Assembly: GCF_902652985.1 (NCBI RefSeq)
Contig: NC_047031.1
Span: forward strand, 26,288,001-26,352,000
DNA: 64,000 bases
Source: Pecten maximus
Lineage: Eukaryota
Direction of reading: 5' to 3'
Both the position numbers and the translations under genes were made by a program. The notes under the pieces were generated by a model, which was given only the letters and a program-made list of their open reading frames with translations, was not told the DNA's origin and made no database searches. This document shows, in pieces, positions 25,072-36,646 of this stretch (its first letter is position 1; each line of letters starts with the position of its first letter).

Positions 25072-25907
25072 TGTGACGTTTACAAATGGGTTCGTCACTA
25101 CCTCTAATAGATCCTGGTTAGTGACTAGTCTACAGATGCAAATATATACAAATATTACTACTATTTGGTAGCCTTTAACATTTAACGAGAACATATAACA
25201 CATAAAATATAAGTTTTATATATACAGTGGTCTGTCTGACCGCTGACACTTAATCTTAATACTATAACTCGTCCCGTACCACTCACAACGGCTAGTTATA
25301 ATTACTGGTCGCCGGTCTGTGTGTGACCGCTGACTATACGGCTACGGGGATTCAGTGACTAGCAATATGTGTAATCGAACATGATTATACGCTCTGACTG
25401 TTCCCATGTATTTTCATCGGCCACCTAACCCCTGGTGTTTGCTGCTGACCACCAACACTACTTATAGTATGGTCGCTGACATGCCCGCCGACTACCTTGT
25501 AGTTGCTGACTTGACCGTCGACTACCTGCTTGTAGTCGCCAACTAAATTGTAGTCGCTAACCTATCAGCCTCTGCCAAACACTCTGTGTTAAAACGATTA
25601 GTTGATGGATCAAGGAGAAGACCGTGGTCACATCTATCTTTCCATAACTAGCTACCTTTCTTAGGGTCTCTCCGCTTCTGTCTGTACAGTTTGGATGCCG
25701 AAATCAGAGTGTTTGTGTTCTGTCAGAGCCGGCTTTTATACCCTCCGATATAGACCATCTGAGTCATTCAAGTGTTTTACATGCAAGGGTAGGATTACAT
25801 AATCAAGCGTGCGGAAGAATGCACGAGAATAGTTCAGGACCCGGATGAACACATGTAAACAATACACAACGATGCCTGATCGGTATGTGTTATCTATTTT
25901 CATTACA
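25072..25907 (-). repeat. Gypsy 3' LTR
   Basis: Direct repeat of 32289-33124; preceded on the minus strand by purine-rich AAGGCGTGGGTAG. Confidence 0.97.
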
Positions 25908-26094
25908 CTACCCACGCCTTCGAGGTTGAAGCTTCCATGCTTCTTAATTATGTTAGAACGAAATCATAAGAACCAAAGGAAAACAATTATTTACAAAACA
26001 AATAAACTTTCTTTATTAATCCAGCAGTGTTGAAACACTAGTGTATGGACACTTCGTTTAAGTGAGGTCCGTCCAAATGTTGTGGGCATCTAGC

Positions 26095-26937
26095 CTATTC
26101 TCTATTTCCAGTGAAGGTATCCAAATAAAAATAGGTTTCATCTACCGTGGTTTGTTTCACTTGCTTGCCTGCATCATGATATCGATAAGTGGTCGTGACT
26201 GTCCGCTTAGTTTTGTTCATGGCGGGCTCCGTCTGGACTCCAACACTAACAAAACGTCGACTAACCGTACTCGTATGTCGCTTCGTGGGATGATCCAGAG
26301 TTACTGGTTTCGGGATGACATGTCGCAGATCTGTGGCACGTAGCCTTTTGCCTGGTTCACCACTTTGTTCTGCTATTCTCTTCTTATGAAATGGCAGTGT
26401 AGGTTTTGTTGATTTCCTGATCACCCGACCCATCAAAGAATCATCCGGGGGTACAGGATTTGTGGCCACTGCTGTAGCTGAGGTTGAAGGTCTGTTGTCA
26501 GATGGGACAACTGGCTCAGTAGTTTCTTTCTCCGACTCCTCGGACAGTAAGCTCCCAGGGTCCTGCTTTTGCCAATCTTCTGTTTCCTTAGGCGAAGGAT
26601 AGGAATCATCATCCGACCCATCGTCACTATCACTACTGGAGCTGCTTGAGCTGTCACTGGATCCTGCGGTCTGCTTATCCTCTGGTAGATTAGACACATG
26701 GACGGTCTCAGGTTGGCTGTTTTTGTCCATACCCTTCTCTTCGATATGTCTTTTCTCATGACGAGTAAGGTATACTTGCTTTGTAGTCGTGAAGTTACAA
26801 TGCGTACAGGCAAATGCTTTCTTTTCAGAGTGTTTCAGACCACACATCACAAGATGCTCCCTGAGCTCTTCTGTTCCAGCGGTTCTGAACTTGCACATAG
26901 GACATGCCTTCATTGGGGTCGTCTTTGTGTTTACCAT
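26095..26937 (-). CDS. Accessory Gypsy ORF (280 aa): C2HC and C2H2 zinc fingers, Ser/Asp-rich acidic region, basic C-terminus
   Basis: CPMC...HLVMC and FACTHC...RHEKRH; lies between the pol stop and the PPT; acceptor-like TTTTGGTACTTTCAG 3 nt before the ATG. Confidence 0.85.
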   Translation of the reverse strand: MVNTKTTPMKACPMCKFRTAGTEELREHLVMCGLKHSEKKAFACTHCNFTTTKQVYLTRHEKRHIEEKGMDKNSQPETVHVSNLPEDKQTAGSSDSSSSSSSDSDDGSDDDSYPSPKETEDWQKQDPGSLLSEESEKETTEPVVPSDNRPSTSATAVATNPVPPDDSLMGRVIRKSTKPTLPFHKKRIAEQSGEPGKRLRATDLRHVIPKPVTLDHPTKRHTSTVSRRFVSVGVQTEPAMNKTKRTVTTTYRYHDAGKQVKQTTVDETYFYLDTFTGNRE

Positions 26938-27024
26938 TCTCTGAAAGTACCAAAAGCTTTGATTAGTGGTATATCTTCTTCATGTGATACAGGTATTTTA
27001 TGATAAAACATCTCAAGACATAGA

Positions 27025-30000
27025 CTAGTACAAAATATAGTCAGAGTGTTTGGCAGGTGCTTTCCTATGTCTGCGACCCTGTTTTGGGTTAGTTTCTATA
27101 TTCTTAGAACTAATATTCTTAAGGTCTCTCCCAGACTCGTTTTCACTCTCTTTGAAAGTAGCACTCTCCTCACACCAATCACTTCTACTGTCATCAACTT
27201 GCTTGCTCTCGAAACAACTCTCGTCAACCTGAGTCTGTTGCTCTTTAACTTTTGCAAAATCCTCTGCATTCTCATTCCTGAGCATCTGAACCTTTTTTGG
27301 CTTCATGCGGTCTACATGAATTACTTGTAGCTTCCCTTTTCGCCCACAGCGTACGCGATATGTGACGTCAGTGAGTTTTGATATCACTCGGAATGGACCC
27401 TTCCAGCGACAGGCTAGCTTTGAACTTTGTCCTGTCTTGACGTTGGGAAAGAAAACGAATACATCATCACCAGCTTTGAATGGTTGCCAGGAGAGTTTCT
27501 GATCATGAAGCTTCTTCTGTCTAAGCATTCGTCCCTTTACACTTTCTCTGACTAACTGATGTGCGTCTTCCATCTTTTCCTGTAGCTCCCACGCCCATGT
27601 ATTCTGTGGTAATGCTTTCAGATTTCGTGGCATTGAGTATTGTAGATCTAGTGGAGTAGAAGTTTCTCTTCCAAGCATCATGAAGTTTGGGGAATTGGAA
27701 GTGGTCTCATGTTCGGTTGACCGATATGCCATCATGACATATGGCAAGTGTCTGTCCCAGTCAGTGTGTCGCTCATTCACAAATGCCCTCAACATGGTAA
27801 CCAGTGTCTTATTGAACCGCTCAACCATACCATCTGACTGCGGGTGGTAGGGAGTGGTACGGGTCTTTTGAATTTGCAGTATACGACACATTTCCCGAAA
27901 CAATGCACTCTCAAACTGAGAGCCCTGATCTGAATGGATAATACTGGGGACTCCGAATCGACAGACGACTTCTTCTACCAGTATGCGTGCTACGGTCTCT
28001 GCGTTCATGTTTTGCATTGGAAAACTTTCTGTCCACTTTGTGTAGTAGTCGGAGATAACCAAGATGTGCCTGTTGCCATCATCGGTCTCCGGCAATTCGC
28101 ACAGAATGTCCATAGCTATGCGCTCCATTGGGTATCCCGATTCAGTTATCTGCATAGGTGCTCTCTTGGTTTTTGTCATGTTCTTGCTCTTAGCACACAT
28201 CGTGCAACCAGTGACATATCGTTTGATATCATCTTGTATCCCAGGCCAGTAATACTGTTGGCGGATCTTGGCAAGAGTCTTTCTTGTTCCCAGATGAGCA
28301 GCTGTCTTGTTATCATGGGCATGACCAAGGATTGTGCGACGTTCGTTTCTAGGAACTATGATATGAACTACTCCTTTTTGTGTTTTTCTCACCAATAGAT
28401 CATCTTGAATGGACAGTATTTCAAACTGTGACCATAGGGATTTCACTGTTTTGTTTCTGCCACCTATGGACTTATACCCAGGTCTTTCCCCTTTCTTGAC
28501 CCAGTCAATAACCAGACCTAAGTCATCATCTTCCTCTTGTTTTTCGCTCAGGGTTTTCTCACGTTTTTCTTTTTCATCAGATTTACAAGTGTCTATGCTC
28601 CTCACTATCTGAGCTGTAGATTCAGTTGCTCGATTGTCTGCCTTCAGTTCCCAGTCTGGGTCAAAGTTGCATTGACGACAAGGGATCCTGCTCAGTCCAT
28701 CGGCATTCTGATGTTGCTTCCCTGGTCGATGAATGATGTGCATGTCATATGAGCTTAACACCTGAAGCCATCTTGCCATCTGGCCCTCTGGGTCTTTGAA
28801 ATTTAGCAACCATCTGAGCGAACTGTGGTCTGTTCTGACAGTAAACTTTCTGCCATACAGATAATGCCGGAAGTATTTTGTGAAATTGACGACAGCCAGT
28901 AACTCTTTACGCGTTACGCAATACTTCCTCTCTGCCTTGGTCAATGTTCGTCCTGCAAATGCTATGGGTCTCTCTATGCCATCAATTTCCTGTGATAGTG
29001 CAGCCCCAATAGCTTCATGACTCGCATCGGTGTCGAGTATGAACTCTTTACTAAAATCAGGGTGGGCCAGAGTTTTTGCACTTGTCAATTCTCTTTTCAG
29101 AATCTCATACGCTTCCTGACACTGAGGTGTCCAATCAAATTTCCGTCCCTTTTCTGTCAGCTTGTGTAGGCATTTCGCAATCACAGAAAAGTTTCTGACA
29201 AACTTTCTGTAATAACTACAGAACCCCAGGAATGACCGCAGTTGTTTGATGTTGACTGGGACTGGCCACTCCGCAACTTTCTTCACCTTATCTGGGTCGG
29301 TGGAGATACCTTCCTCCGAGATCTTGTGGCCAAGGTAAATGACTTCTTTGGCAAACAGACAACATTTTCTCGCCTTTAGCTTTAATCCAGCTTCTTGTAA
29401 GCGTTTGAACACTTGTTGCAGATTCTCAATCATGTCTTCAAATGTCTTCCCGGTCACGATTATATCGTCTAGGTAAATTAAACAGGTCTGCCACTGTAAA
29501 CCTGCTAGTACCGTTTCCATCAGTCTCTCGAATGTCGCAGGAGCTGACGCTAGACCAAAAGGCATGACCGTGAACTCATAAAGACCTGTTCTTGTCGCAA
29601 ATGCAGTCTTCTGGCGATCTTCAGGAGCCAAATCAACCTGCCAATAACCGGAGTTTAGGTCGAGTGTTGAGAACCACGAGCAACCTGACATTTGATCAAG
29701 AGCCTCGTCAATACGTGGAAGTGGATACGCATCCGGAATGCTAACAGCATTCAGCTGTCGATAATCCACGCAAAATCGTAAGCTCCCGTCCTTCTTTTTC
29801 ACGAGGACGATCCCAGAACTCCATGGACTGGAGGATTTCTGTATGATCCCTCTGTCAAGCATATCCTTTACTTGTCTATCAATCTCGGGACCAAGATTGC
29901 CTGGCACTCTTCTTACTGGCTGTTTTATGGGTTTGGCACCCCCAGTGTTGATCTTATGTTGAATCAAATCTGTTCTACCCAGATCGTCGTCAGTAACGGC

Positions 30001-32142
30001 AAACAGGTTCTGATGTTTTAGCAGCAATTCATACCCAGCGTTGTATTGATCTGTTGTAAGATTATTTTTGGAGTCATTCAACAATGTTTGGATATCTGCC
30101 CTAAGTCCAGCTACTTTGTTAGGTGTCGGTTCGTCGACGGTTCCCATTACACCTTCAATAGTGCTGACCTGAGCAATCGTTGTCCCTGGGTAAAATTGTT
30201 GACTCTCGTTGCCCAGATTCATTAATCTTACAGGCACCGTAGTATCATACTGCACAAGTGCCCTAGCGACTAATGCTCTCTCTGTCTTCAGAAAAGTCGC
30301 TGGTTTCTCAACTAGAAGTAGTTTGCTGGCTGTTTCACCTTCTGGTAAACATACCTTCCCTTGGACCACGACCTCACTGTTGGCAGGAATGGTTACCTTC
30401 TCTGTAAGTGAAAGTCGGTAGCAACCCATAGCACCCTCGTAGAATGTCGGTACCGTTACATCATCAAGTGTGAGAACACCTTTCTTGAAATCAAGAGACC
30501 CATTTCTCTCCTGCATTATGTCTAGACCCAGAATACCATCGGTATTAATCTTAGCAATAATTGCTTCCACATAAATGTCTTTTGTCTTATTAAGCCGGAT
30601 GACAAAACTCCCTTTGCCCTTGACCTCAAGTTTCTCACCACTAGCTGTTAAAACATCTTGGTGAACTCTACTCAGGCGAGGTTTAGCTGATTCTGTAATT
30701 TTATCAAACACTCGCTCTGATATGATGGTGACTGTTGCCCCTGTGTCAACCAATAGGTTTACTTTAGTTCCATGAACTTCGGCAGTTATATACATGCCTG
30801 CTTCCTGCACGGCTGTAGACAACCCAATGCCAGCTCTTGGTTTCTTTTGTCTCTGTCGACGATGGGTGTTCACCTGCTGGGCCCCTGGTTGTTTCTGACT
30901 TTTATTAGGGTCATTCTTTTTGTCAGGCTTGGGACAATTTCTACGAAAATGTCCCTCCTCACCACAGTTAAAGCAGTTCTTGTTCCTGACCACATTAGAC
31001 CTACTTCTAGACTTCATCTTTCCAACGTCCTTTTCCAGAGACTCTAGCTTTTTCTGCATGTCCTGGAGCAGTTTTAACATCTCTGACCCCTCAGATGTTT
31101 CAGTATTAGTATTTCTAAGATATGATTGGCCTTCCTTTGATTTCTTCTCACAGCGGTTGTATGCCTCTAATTCAACCGATAGTTGTATGGCCTCAGTCAA
31201 ATTCTTAGGCCTCGACTGTTTGATTCTTATGCGCATCTCGGAGTCTGCAAGTGCTTCAATGAACTGTTGCATAGCCAATGTCTCCCTAACATCATTTGGC
31301 ACTGTGCGATATGCCAAGTTCACAAGCCGTCTAATCGCTTGTCCCAGTTCTGGTAAACTTTCCGATGCTTTTTGACGCCTCTCCATTAACTGAACCCTAT
31401 AAAGCTCAGTCTGGTTTGGGGGAGCAAACCTCTCCTCCAAGGCTTTGACTAGCGACTCATAATCCTGCTGCTTAGGAATGTCAAGGTCACCCAGTATCCC
31501 TTGAGCTTGGCCCCGCAATGCTACTGCTAAGTGGAGACCTTTCTCATTATCAGTCCATCGGTTTATTCGAGAACAAGCATCAAAATGTGATTTGAAGTCA
31601 ACCCATGGAGATGTGCCGTCATATGTTGCCGCTTTCACGGTAACCATTTTACTTTTATATTTTGTCGACATGTCCCTGACTTCATCATCTGTTTCTTCAG
31701 CATCCCTCCTGCTGGCAACTCTACTCATTCTTTTTTTTCTGGTGGTTACATTGTCATATTTGTGACCATCTAGTCTGTGATCATTATCCACACCCAGCGG
31801 ACATGGTACAGATGTCATTGGTTTAGTGCGAGACAATAGATTGTGACTGCTAGCCTGCATCTGTTTCATTTGTTCTCCGAGCTCTTTAATCTCTTGTTCA
31901 AACTTTTGTATACTTTCGTCCCTTAATCCAAGACTATAGTCTGGAGAGAACCTCTCCGGTTTTAGACGAGTATCTTTTTCTTTGGTTCCAAACCCAGAGT
32001 CGACAACTGCGTGCTTCCGCATCGGTATATTGGGTTGTGTGATAGGGGTTGAGAAATCAAAATGAATATGACTTGTGTTGTTAAAGTCAAGACCATTATC
32101 TGATTCCCTGTCAGACTGGTCACTGGTATAGCCTTCTGCCAT
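27025..32142 (-). CDS. Gypsy Gag-Pol polyprotein (1705 aa; Gag-CCHC, PR, RT, RNase H, IN)
   Basis: CFNCGEEGHFRRNC; LLVDTGAT; YLDDII; LDTDAS; HHCC motif and HSDQG...GMVERFNKTL integrase core; Gypsy domain order; single open frame. Confidence 0.98.
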   Translation of the reverse strand: MAEGYTSDQSDRESDNGLDFNNTSHIHFDFSTPITQPNIPMRKHAVVDSGFGTKEKDTRLKPERFSPDYSLGLRDESIQKFEQEIKELGEQMKQMQASSHNLLSRTKPMTSVPCPLGVDNDHRLDGHKYDNVTTRKKRMSRVASRRDAEETDDEVRDMSTKYKSKMVTVKAATYDGTSPWVDFKSHFDACSRINRWTDNEKGLHLAVALRGQAQGILGDLDIPKQQDYESLVKALEERFAPPNQTELYRVQLMERRQKASESLPELGQAIRRLVNLAYRTVPNDVRETLAMQQFIEALADSEMRIRIKQSRPKNLTEAIQLSVELEAYNRCEKKSKEGQSYLRNTNTETSEGSEMLKLLQDMQKKLESLEKDVGKMKSRSRSNVVRNKNCFNCGEEGHFRRNCPKPDKKNDPNKSQKQPGAQQVNTHRRQRQKKPRAGIGLSTAVQEAGMYITAEVHGTKVNLLVDTGATVTIISERVFDKITESAKPRLSRVHQDVLTASGEKLEVKGKGSFVIRLNKTKDIYVEAIIAKINTDGILGLDIMQERNGSLDFKKGVLTLDDVTVPTFYEGAMGCYRLSLTEKVTIPANSEVVVQGKVCLPEGETASKLLLVEKPATFLKTERALVARALVQYDTTVPVRLMNLGNESQQFYPGTTIAQVSTIEGVMGTVDEPTPNKVAGLRADIQTLLNDSKNNLTTDQYNAGYELLLKHQNLFAVTDDDLGRTDLIQHKINTGGAKPIKQPVRRVPGNLGPEIDRQVKDMLDRGIIQKSSSPWSSGIVLVKKKDGSLRFCVDYRQLNAVSIPDAYPLPRIDEALDQMSGCSWFSTLDLNSGYWQVDLAPEDRQKTAFATRTGLYEFTVMPFGLASAPATFERLMETVLAGLQWQTCLIYLDDIIVTGKTFEDMIENLQQVFKRLQEAGLKLKARKCCLFAKEVIYLGHKISEEGISTDPDKVKKVAEWPVPVNIKQLRSFLGFCSYYRKFVRNFSVIAKCLHKLTEKGRKFDWTPQCQEAYEILKRELTSAKTLAHPDFSKEFILDTDASHEAIGAALSQEIDGIERPIAFAGRTLTKAERKYCVTRKELLAVVNFTKYFRHYLYGRKFTVRTDHSSLRWLLNFKDPEGQMARWLQVLSSYDMHIIHRPGKQHQNADGLSRIPCRQCNFDPDWELKADNRATESTAQIVRSIDTCKSDEKEKREKTLSEKQEEDDDLGLVIDWVKKGERPGYKSIGGRNKTVKSLWSQFEILSIQDDLLVRKTQKGVVHIIVPRNERRTILGHAHDNKTAAHLGTRKTLAKIRQQYYWPGIQDDIKRYVTGCTMCAKSKNMTKTKRAPMQITESGYPMERIAMDILCELPETDDGNRHILVISDYYTKWTESFPMQNMNAETVARILVEEVVCRFGVPSIIHSDQGSQFESALFREMCRILQIQKTRTTPYHPQSDGMVERFNKTLVTMLRAFVNERHTDWDRHLPYVMMAYRSTEHETTSNSPNFMMLGRETSTPLDLQYSMPRNLKALPQNTWAWELQEKMEDAHQLVRESVKGRMLRQKKLHDQKLSWQPFKAGDDVFVFFPNVKTGQSSKLACRWKGPFRVISKLTDVTYRVRCGRKGKLQVIHVDRMKPKKVQMLRNENAEDFAKVKEQQTQVDESCFESKQVDDSRSDWCEESATFKESENESGRDLKNISSKNIETNPKQGRRHRKAPAKHSDYILY

Positions 32143-32265
32143 ATTATATCACAGAGAGAATATAAGTAACAAACAATTTTTTTTTTTATTATTATTATTA
32201 CATCAACAACAGTTTATAAACTGTAGACTACTAAAATGTCACAAACAAGTTGTCAAATAACCAGG

Positions 32266-32283
32266 ATCCCACCGCTGCCACCA
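32266..32283 (-). promoter_or_regulatory. Primer-binding site TGGTGGCAGCGGTGGGAT (tRNA-Leu type)
   Basis: 18-mer 5 nt downstream of the 5' LTR, matching the recalled complement of the tRNA-Leu(AAG/TAG) 3' end. Confidence 0.85.
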
Positions 32284-32288
32284 AAATT

Positions 32289-33124
32289 TGTGACGTTTAC
32301 AAATGGGTTCGTCACTACCTCTAATAGATCCTGGTTAGTGACTAGTCTACAGATGCAAATATATACAAATATTACTACTATTTGGTAGCCTTTAACATTT
32401 AACGAGAACATATAACACATAAAATATAAGTTTTATATATACAGTGGTCTGTCTGACCGCTGACACTTAATCTTAATACTATAACTCGTCCCGTACCACT
32501 CACAACGGCTAGTTATAATTACTGGTCGCCGGTCTGTGTGTGACCGCTGACTATACGGCTACGGGGATTCAGTGACTAGCAATATGTGTAATCGAACATG
32601 ATTATACGCTCTGACTGTTCCCATGTATTTTCATCGGCCACCTAACCCCTGGTGTTTGCTGCTGACCACCAACACTACTTATAGTATGGTCGCTGACATG
32701 CCCGCCGACTACCTTGTAGTTGCTGACTTGACCGTCGACTACCTGCTTGTAGTCGCCAACTAAATTGTAGTCGCTAACCTATCAGCCTCTGCCAAACACT
32801 CTGTGTTAAAACGATTAGTTGATGGATCAAGGAGAAGACCGTGGTCACATCTATCTTTCCATAACTAGCTACCTTTCTTAGGGTCTCTCCGCTTCTGTCT
32901 GTACAGTTTGGATGCCGAAATCAGAGTGTTTGTGTTCTGTCAGAGCCGGCTTTTATACCCTCCGATATAGACCATCTGAGTCATTCAAGTGTTTTACATG
33001 CAAGGGTAGGATTACATAATCAAGCGTGCGGAAGAATGCACGAGAATAGTTCAGGACCCGGATGAACACATGTAAACAATACACAACGATGCCTGATCGG
33101 TATGTGTTATCTATTTTCATTACA
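32289..33124 (-). repeat. Gypsy 5' LTR
   Basis: Direct repeat of 25072-25907; TATAAAA about 170 nt from its 5' end. Confidence 0.97.
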
Positions 33125-33478
33125 CCATTACGCAAAAACAAAACAAAACGGAGCGTACTCTCATAAACCCTATCGCCGTTTATTTAAAGGACACTCCCTT
33201 TTTTGTTATATCTCAATATCTATATTCAAGATATTTTCCAGAAATCAAAATCATTGACTTTTTTATTGTAAAATATATACACAGGCAAAATGTCTTGAGG
33301 TCAATTTGACCTAAATTTACATGAAGACATTCTTCCTGTGTAATGCTTGTGGAATTTACTTACTATAGTATTTACATAGAGACGTTGAAGCAGTGTACAC
33401 AAAATATAAGGGCAGGTGTAAACAAATCAACGTATAGATCAACAGTCATATGTATCATAAAACGTAATAATACTTAAT

Positions 33479-33862
33479 TATAATTTAATTTTGCTTGTAA
33501 CAAGCATTTTCATTGGCTCAAAAAATTATATTATCATCTCATAACATAAAAAAAATAAAAGGAACTACTTTCAGTTATACCGGAAGTAGCGGAGTAATCG
33601 TTGTTCACGGGATTTTGTATCTATCGATGTGTTTTTAAATATCTGGAACAAAATGAACATGTTAAACTTAATGAAAATGTTTCTTATCATTGTTAATTAA
33701 ATTATAAGGGTTAACTGTAATATTTTTTTACGTTATTGAGCAATAACACAAAAAACTGGGGTGTACTCTTTTCATAAACCGTTTCGCGGTTTATGCAGAG
33801 TACACCCCAGTTTTTTGAGTTATTGCTCATAACGTAAAAAAAATATTACAGTTAACCCTTAA
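33479..33862 (+). mobile_element. Foldback element, family H1 copy
   Basis: Closely similar to 8351-8713. Confidence 0.85.
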
Positions 33863-34177
33863 ATATTATCAACAGGTGTAGTTGTGTGTAAACGCAATAA
33901 TATTGATTTTATCAACAGGAGTATATATATGAAAACGTAATATAAAGTACCCATGCAGGTAAACAATGAGAAATATCAGGAAAAGTTACAGCGTTCGGAA
34001 GGCATATCGACAGTTATATTATAGTGCTGATTACATGGAGTTAAAATTTCGACGATATTTAAACTTTGAGGATAGGTAAAATTATGAAAATTTCTGAGAG
34101 GATCTTTTTGTTTGTTTACAACTTTCAATAAATCTTTTAAAGAATTAACCATTGAAAATAAACGTTCATGGTTAAAC

Positions 34178-34210
34178 CAGAGACATATATACTCTGTATA
34201 TATGTCTCTG
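34178..34210. mobile_element. 33-bp foldback micro-insertion with 7-bp TSD GTTAAAC
   Basis: CAGAGACATATATAC-TCT-GTATATATGTCTCTG flanked by GTTAAAC at 34171-34177 and 34211-34217. Confidence 0.7.
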
Positions 34211-34551
34211 GTTAAACAACAGATTTTATTAAAAGAGATTTAAAAGTTTAACCTTTGAGGCGAGTTTCATAGAAAATAAAAACCGAATTCAGATACTGAG
34301 AAAACTTACACTTTGAAAGGTTTTAAATTCAAGATGCTGAGGACAAAAAAATTGTGCAATTTTCAATTCATTGTGTAACATCATTATAAATATGACATTA
34401 AAATCAATTTCTGACTGTCGAAAAAAGGGGTAGATTACACTAAAGACATATGCAAAAATATTACATGAGCTAATTCACTTGATATCAGGCCAGTAATATC
34501 ATAGAAACAGCAATTAATCGGTACACATACTGAAAAACAATAGATATAGGA

Positions 34552-34958
34552 AACAAGAAATATCTTTAAAAAAGATAAACGGCATAGTTTTAATGCTGGT
34601 GGTTACAAGAGCTCCGTTAGAATGTAAAACTGTTGGTGAAATAACCGAACTAATGCGTTTCAGAACGGATAACAAAATTATATCAGTTTGAATCATTGTT
34701 AGTGATAATAAGACTGCATTTGGATCAGGAATATGATTTTATTAATTTGTCATTAGAAAAGATACATCCACTTATTCAGCTTGCATTCAATCTTAACTTT
34801 GCTTCGTTTTTAACTTCATTGTTTCGTATTTAACTGCATATCTGCATTTTGCATTTACCGCTACATTGACCAATCACATACTACATCTTGACAGGTAACG
34901 CCACCTGTCGCGTCATATCCGGGGCCAAAAGAAAATTATACGGCTATGCCGAAAAAAA
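34552..34958 (+). mobile_element. Helentron/HINE-like repeat copy
   Basis: Same family as 8825-9208. Confidence 0.7.
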
Positions 34959-35343
34959 CTATCAGGAATATCTTTATAGGCTTGTGAATCCGGATGATCG
35001 TTCAAATTTGTTTACCTCCTGTTTGAAATTTACCGCTTTTCTTAGCTTCTGATGATCGACAAAACCGGATGATTTGAATCGGGGCAGGAGAGATAACTCT
35101 ACTTAACAAGTTTAAGAACTTGTAACGCACTGTAATACAAAATAGAATAGGTCCAAATACACCTATATCATAACATGTTCTCAAGTCCCTTTGTCAACTC
35201 TAATAGCATAATAAAAAAAACAAAATAACAAATTTTTTTTTTTATTTTCCAGAACTTTCAAAATAGGGATCACTTCTCTTAGACAATCAACATATAATTT
35301 ATCTATCATGTAATGAAACAATGGCAAATTACAAGCACAAAAT

Positions 35344-35460
35344 AATATCACGAGTCCATCTGTGTAACTACCGGTAATATCACGAGTCCATCTGTGTAAC
35401 TAATATCACGAGTCCATGTGTATTACCAATATCACGAGTCAATGTGTGTAACTAATATCA
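35344..35460. repeat. Short tandem repeat AATATCACGAGTCCATCTGTGTAACT, ~4.5 copies
   Basis: Directly visible; solo unit near 35755. Confidence 0.85.
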
Positions 35461-36274
35461 ATATTTTATTTAAACCTTAAGGCATCGAGGGCCATCATTA
35501 TATGGATTATATTCATAATGTATACATTTTTGTACTTGAAAACTTCTTGTTAATTCCATTGTTAATTTAGTTCATGTCTCAAAGCACAATATTGTACCTC
35601 CAAGACCTCCTCTTAATAAAATACTTTCATATATTCATCTGCTCATTCTACTGAATGTATTGGATTTTTTAACATCACGAATACAAATTAACTGATTAAA
35701 ATTATCAACAAACATATTTTATCATGTAATAAAAAGAATGGCCTTTTATACTCCAATATCACGAGTCTATGTGTATAAGGTACATATATGGACTTCAGAC
35801 GTATACCTGGTAATCTTTGAACAACAATGACTGCATTCAGAAGATTAATTTTTATCTTCCATAACTCAAAAATAACACAAAAGTTTAATCCAATAAATAC
35901 ATGTAACAACATTCAATAATAATTTGTTCATATCATAATCTGTACAAAGCTATGCATGGTGAACAAAGAGCAATAACTCTGTATAATACATAGCTAGTTG
36001 ATGATTAAATTGATAATGGTTTATACAGTATTAATGTATTATACCCAACATTTTTTTAGCAGAACACGCATCCATCAACTTCATGTCTAAATTTAGGGTA
36101 AAAATTCTGGAGTCTCCCATCTAAACTAGGAAATCTGGCATTTGAGATAAAAAACTTCCTTACTGAACTAGAAAACAAAAATATATTACATAATGGACTT
36201 AGACTTATCTTTCTCTATGGCTACATTCAGAAGATTTCAACAACTTCAAAATGATGCAAAGTTTTTAATCTGAT

Positions 36275-36646
36275 TAAGGGTTAACTGTAATATTTTTTTT
36301 ACGTTATTGAGCAATAACACAAAAAAACTGGGGTGTACTCTTTTCATAAACCGCGAAAAGGTTTATGAAAAGAGTACACCCCAGTTTTTTTGTGTTATTG
36401 CTCAATAACGTAAAAAAAATATTACAGTTAACCCTTATAATTTAATTAACAACGATAAGAAACATTTTCATTAAGTTTAACATGTTTATTTTGCTCCAGA
36501 TATTTAAAAACACATCGATAAATACAAAATCCCGTGAACAACGATTACTCCGCTGACGTCACAGTTTATTTTTTTTATGTTATGAGATGATAACATAATT
36601 TTTTGAGCCAATGAAAATGCTTGTTACAAGCAAAATTAAATTATTG
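36275..36646 (-). mobile_element. Foldback element, family H1 copy (inverted)
   Basis: Reverse complement of 8351-8713 with a near-perfect hairpin. Confidence 0.85.

Larger units (their letters stand above)
25072..33124 (-). mobile_element. Full-length Ty3/Gypsy LTR retrotransposon, recent insertion
   Basis: LTRs 25072-25907 and 32289-33124 (836 bp, TG..CA, no differences seen by eye); TSD CCAT at 25068-25071 and 33125-33128; PBS; PPT; intact gag-pol. Confidence 0.98.

Noticed and set aside
26095-26937. env gene
   Set aside because: No signal peptide or transmembrane segment; it has zinc fingers instead
27046-31375. Plus-strand ORFs antisense to gag-pol, and similar shadow ORFs over HSPA12, ZNF and LINE sequence
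   Set aside because: Short, motif-free shadows of real coding sequence
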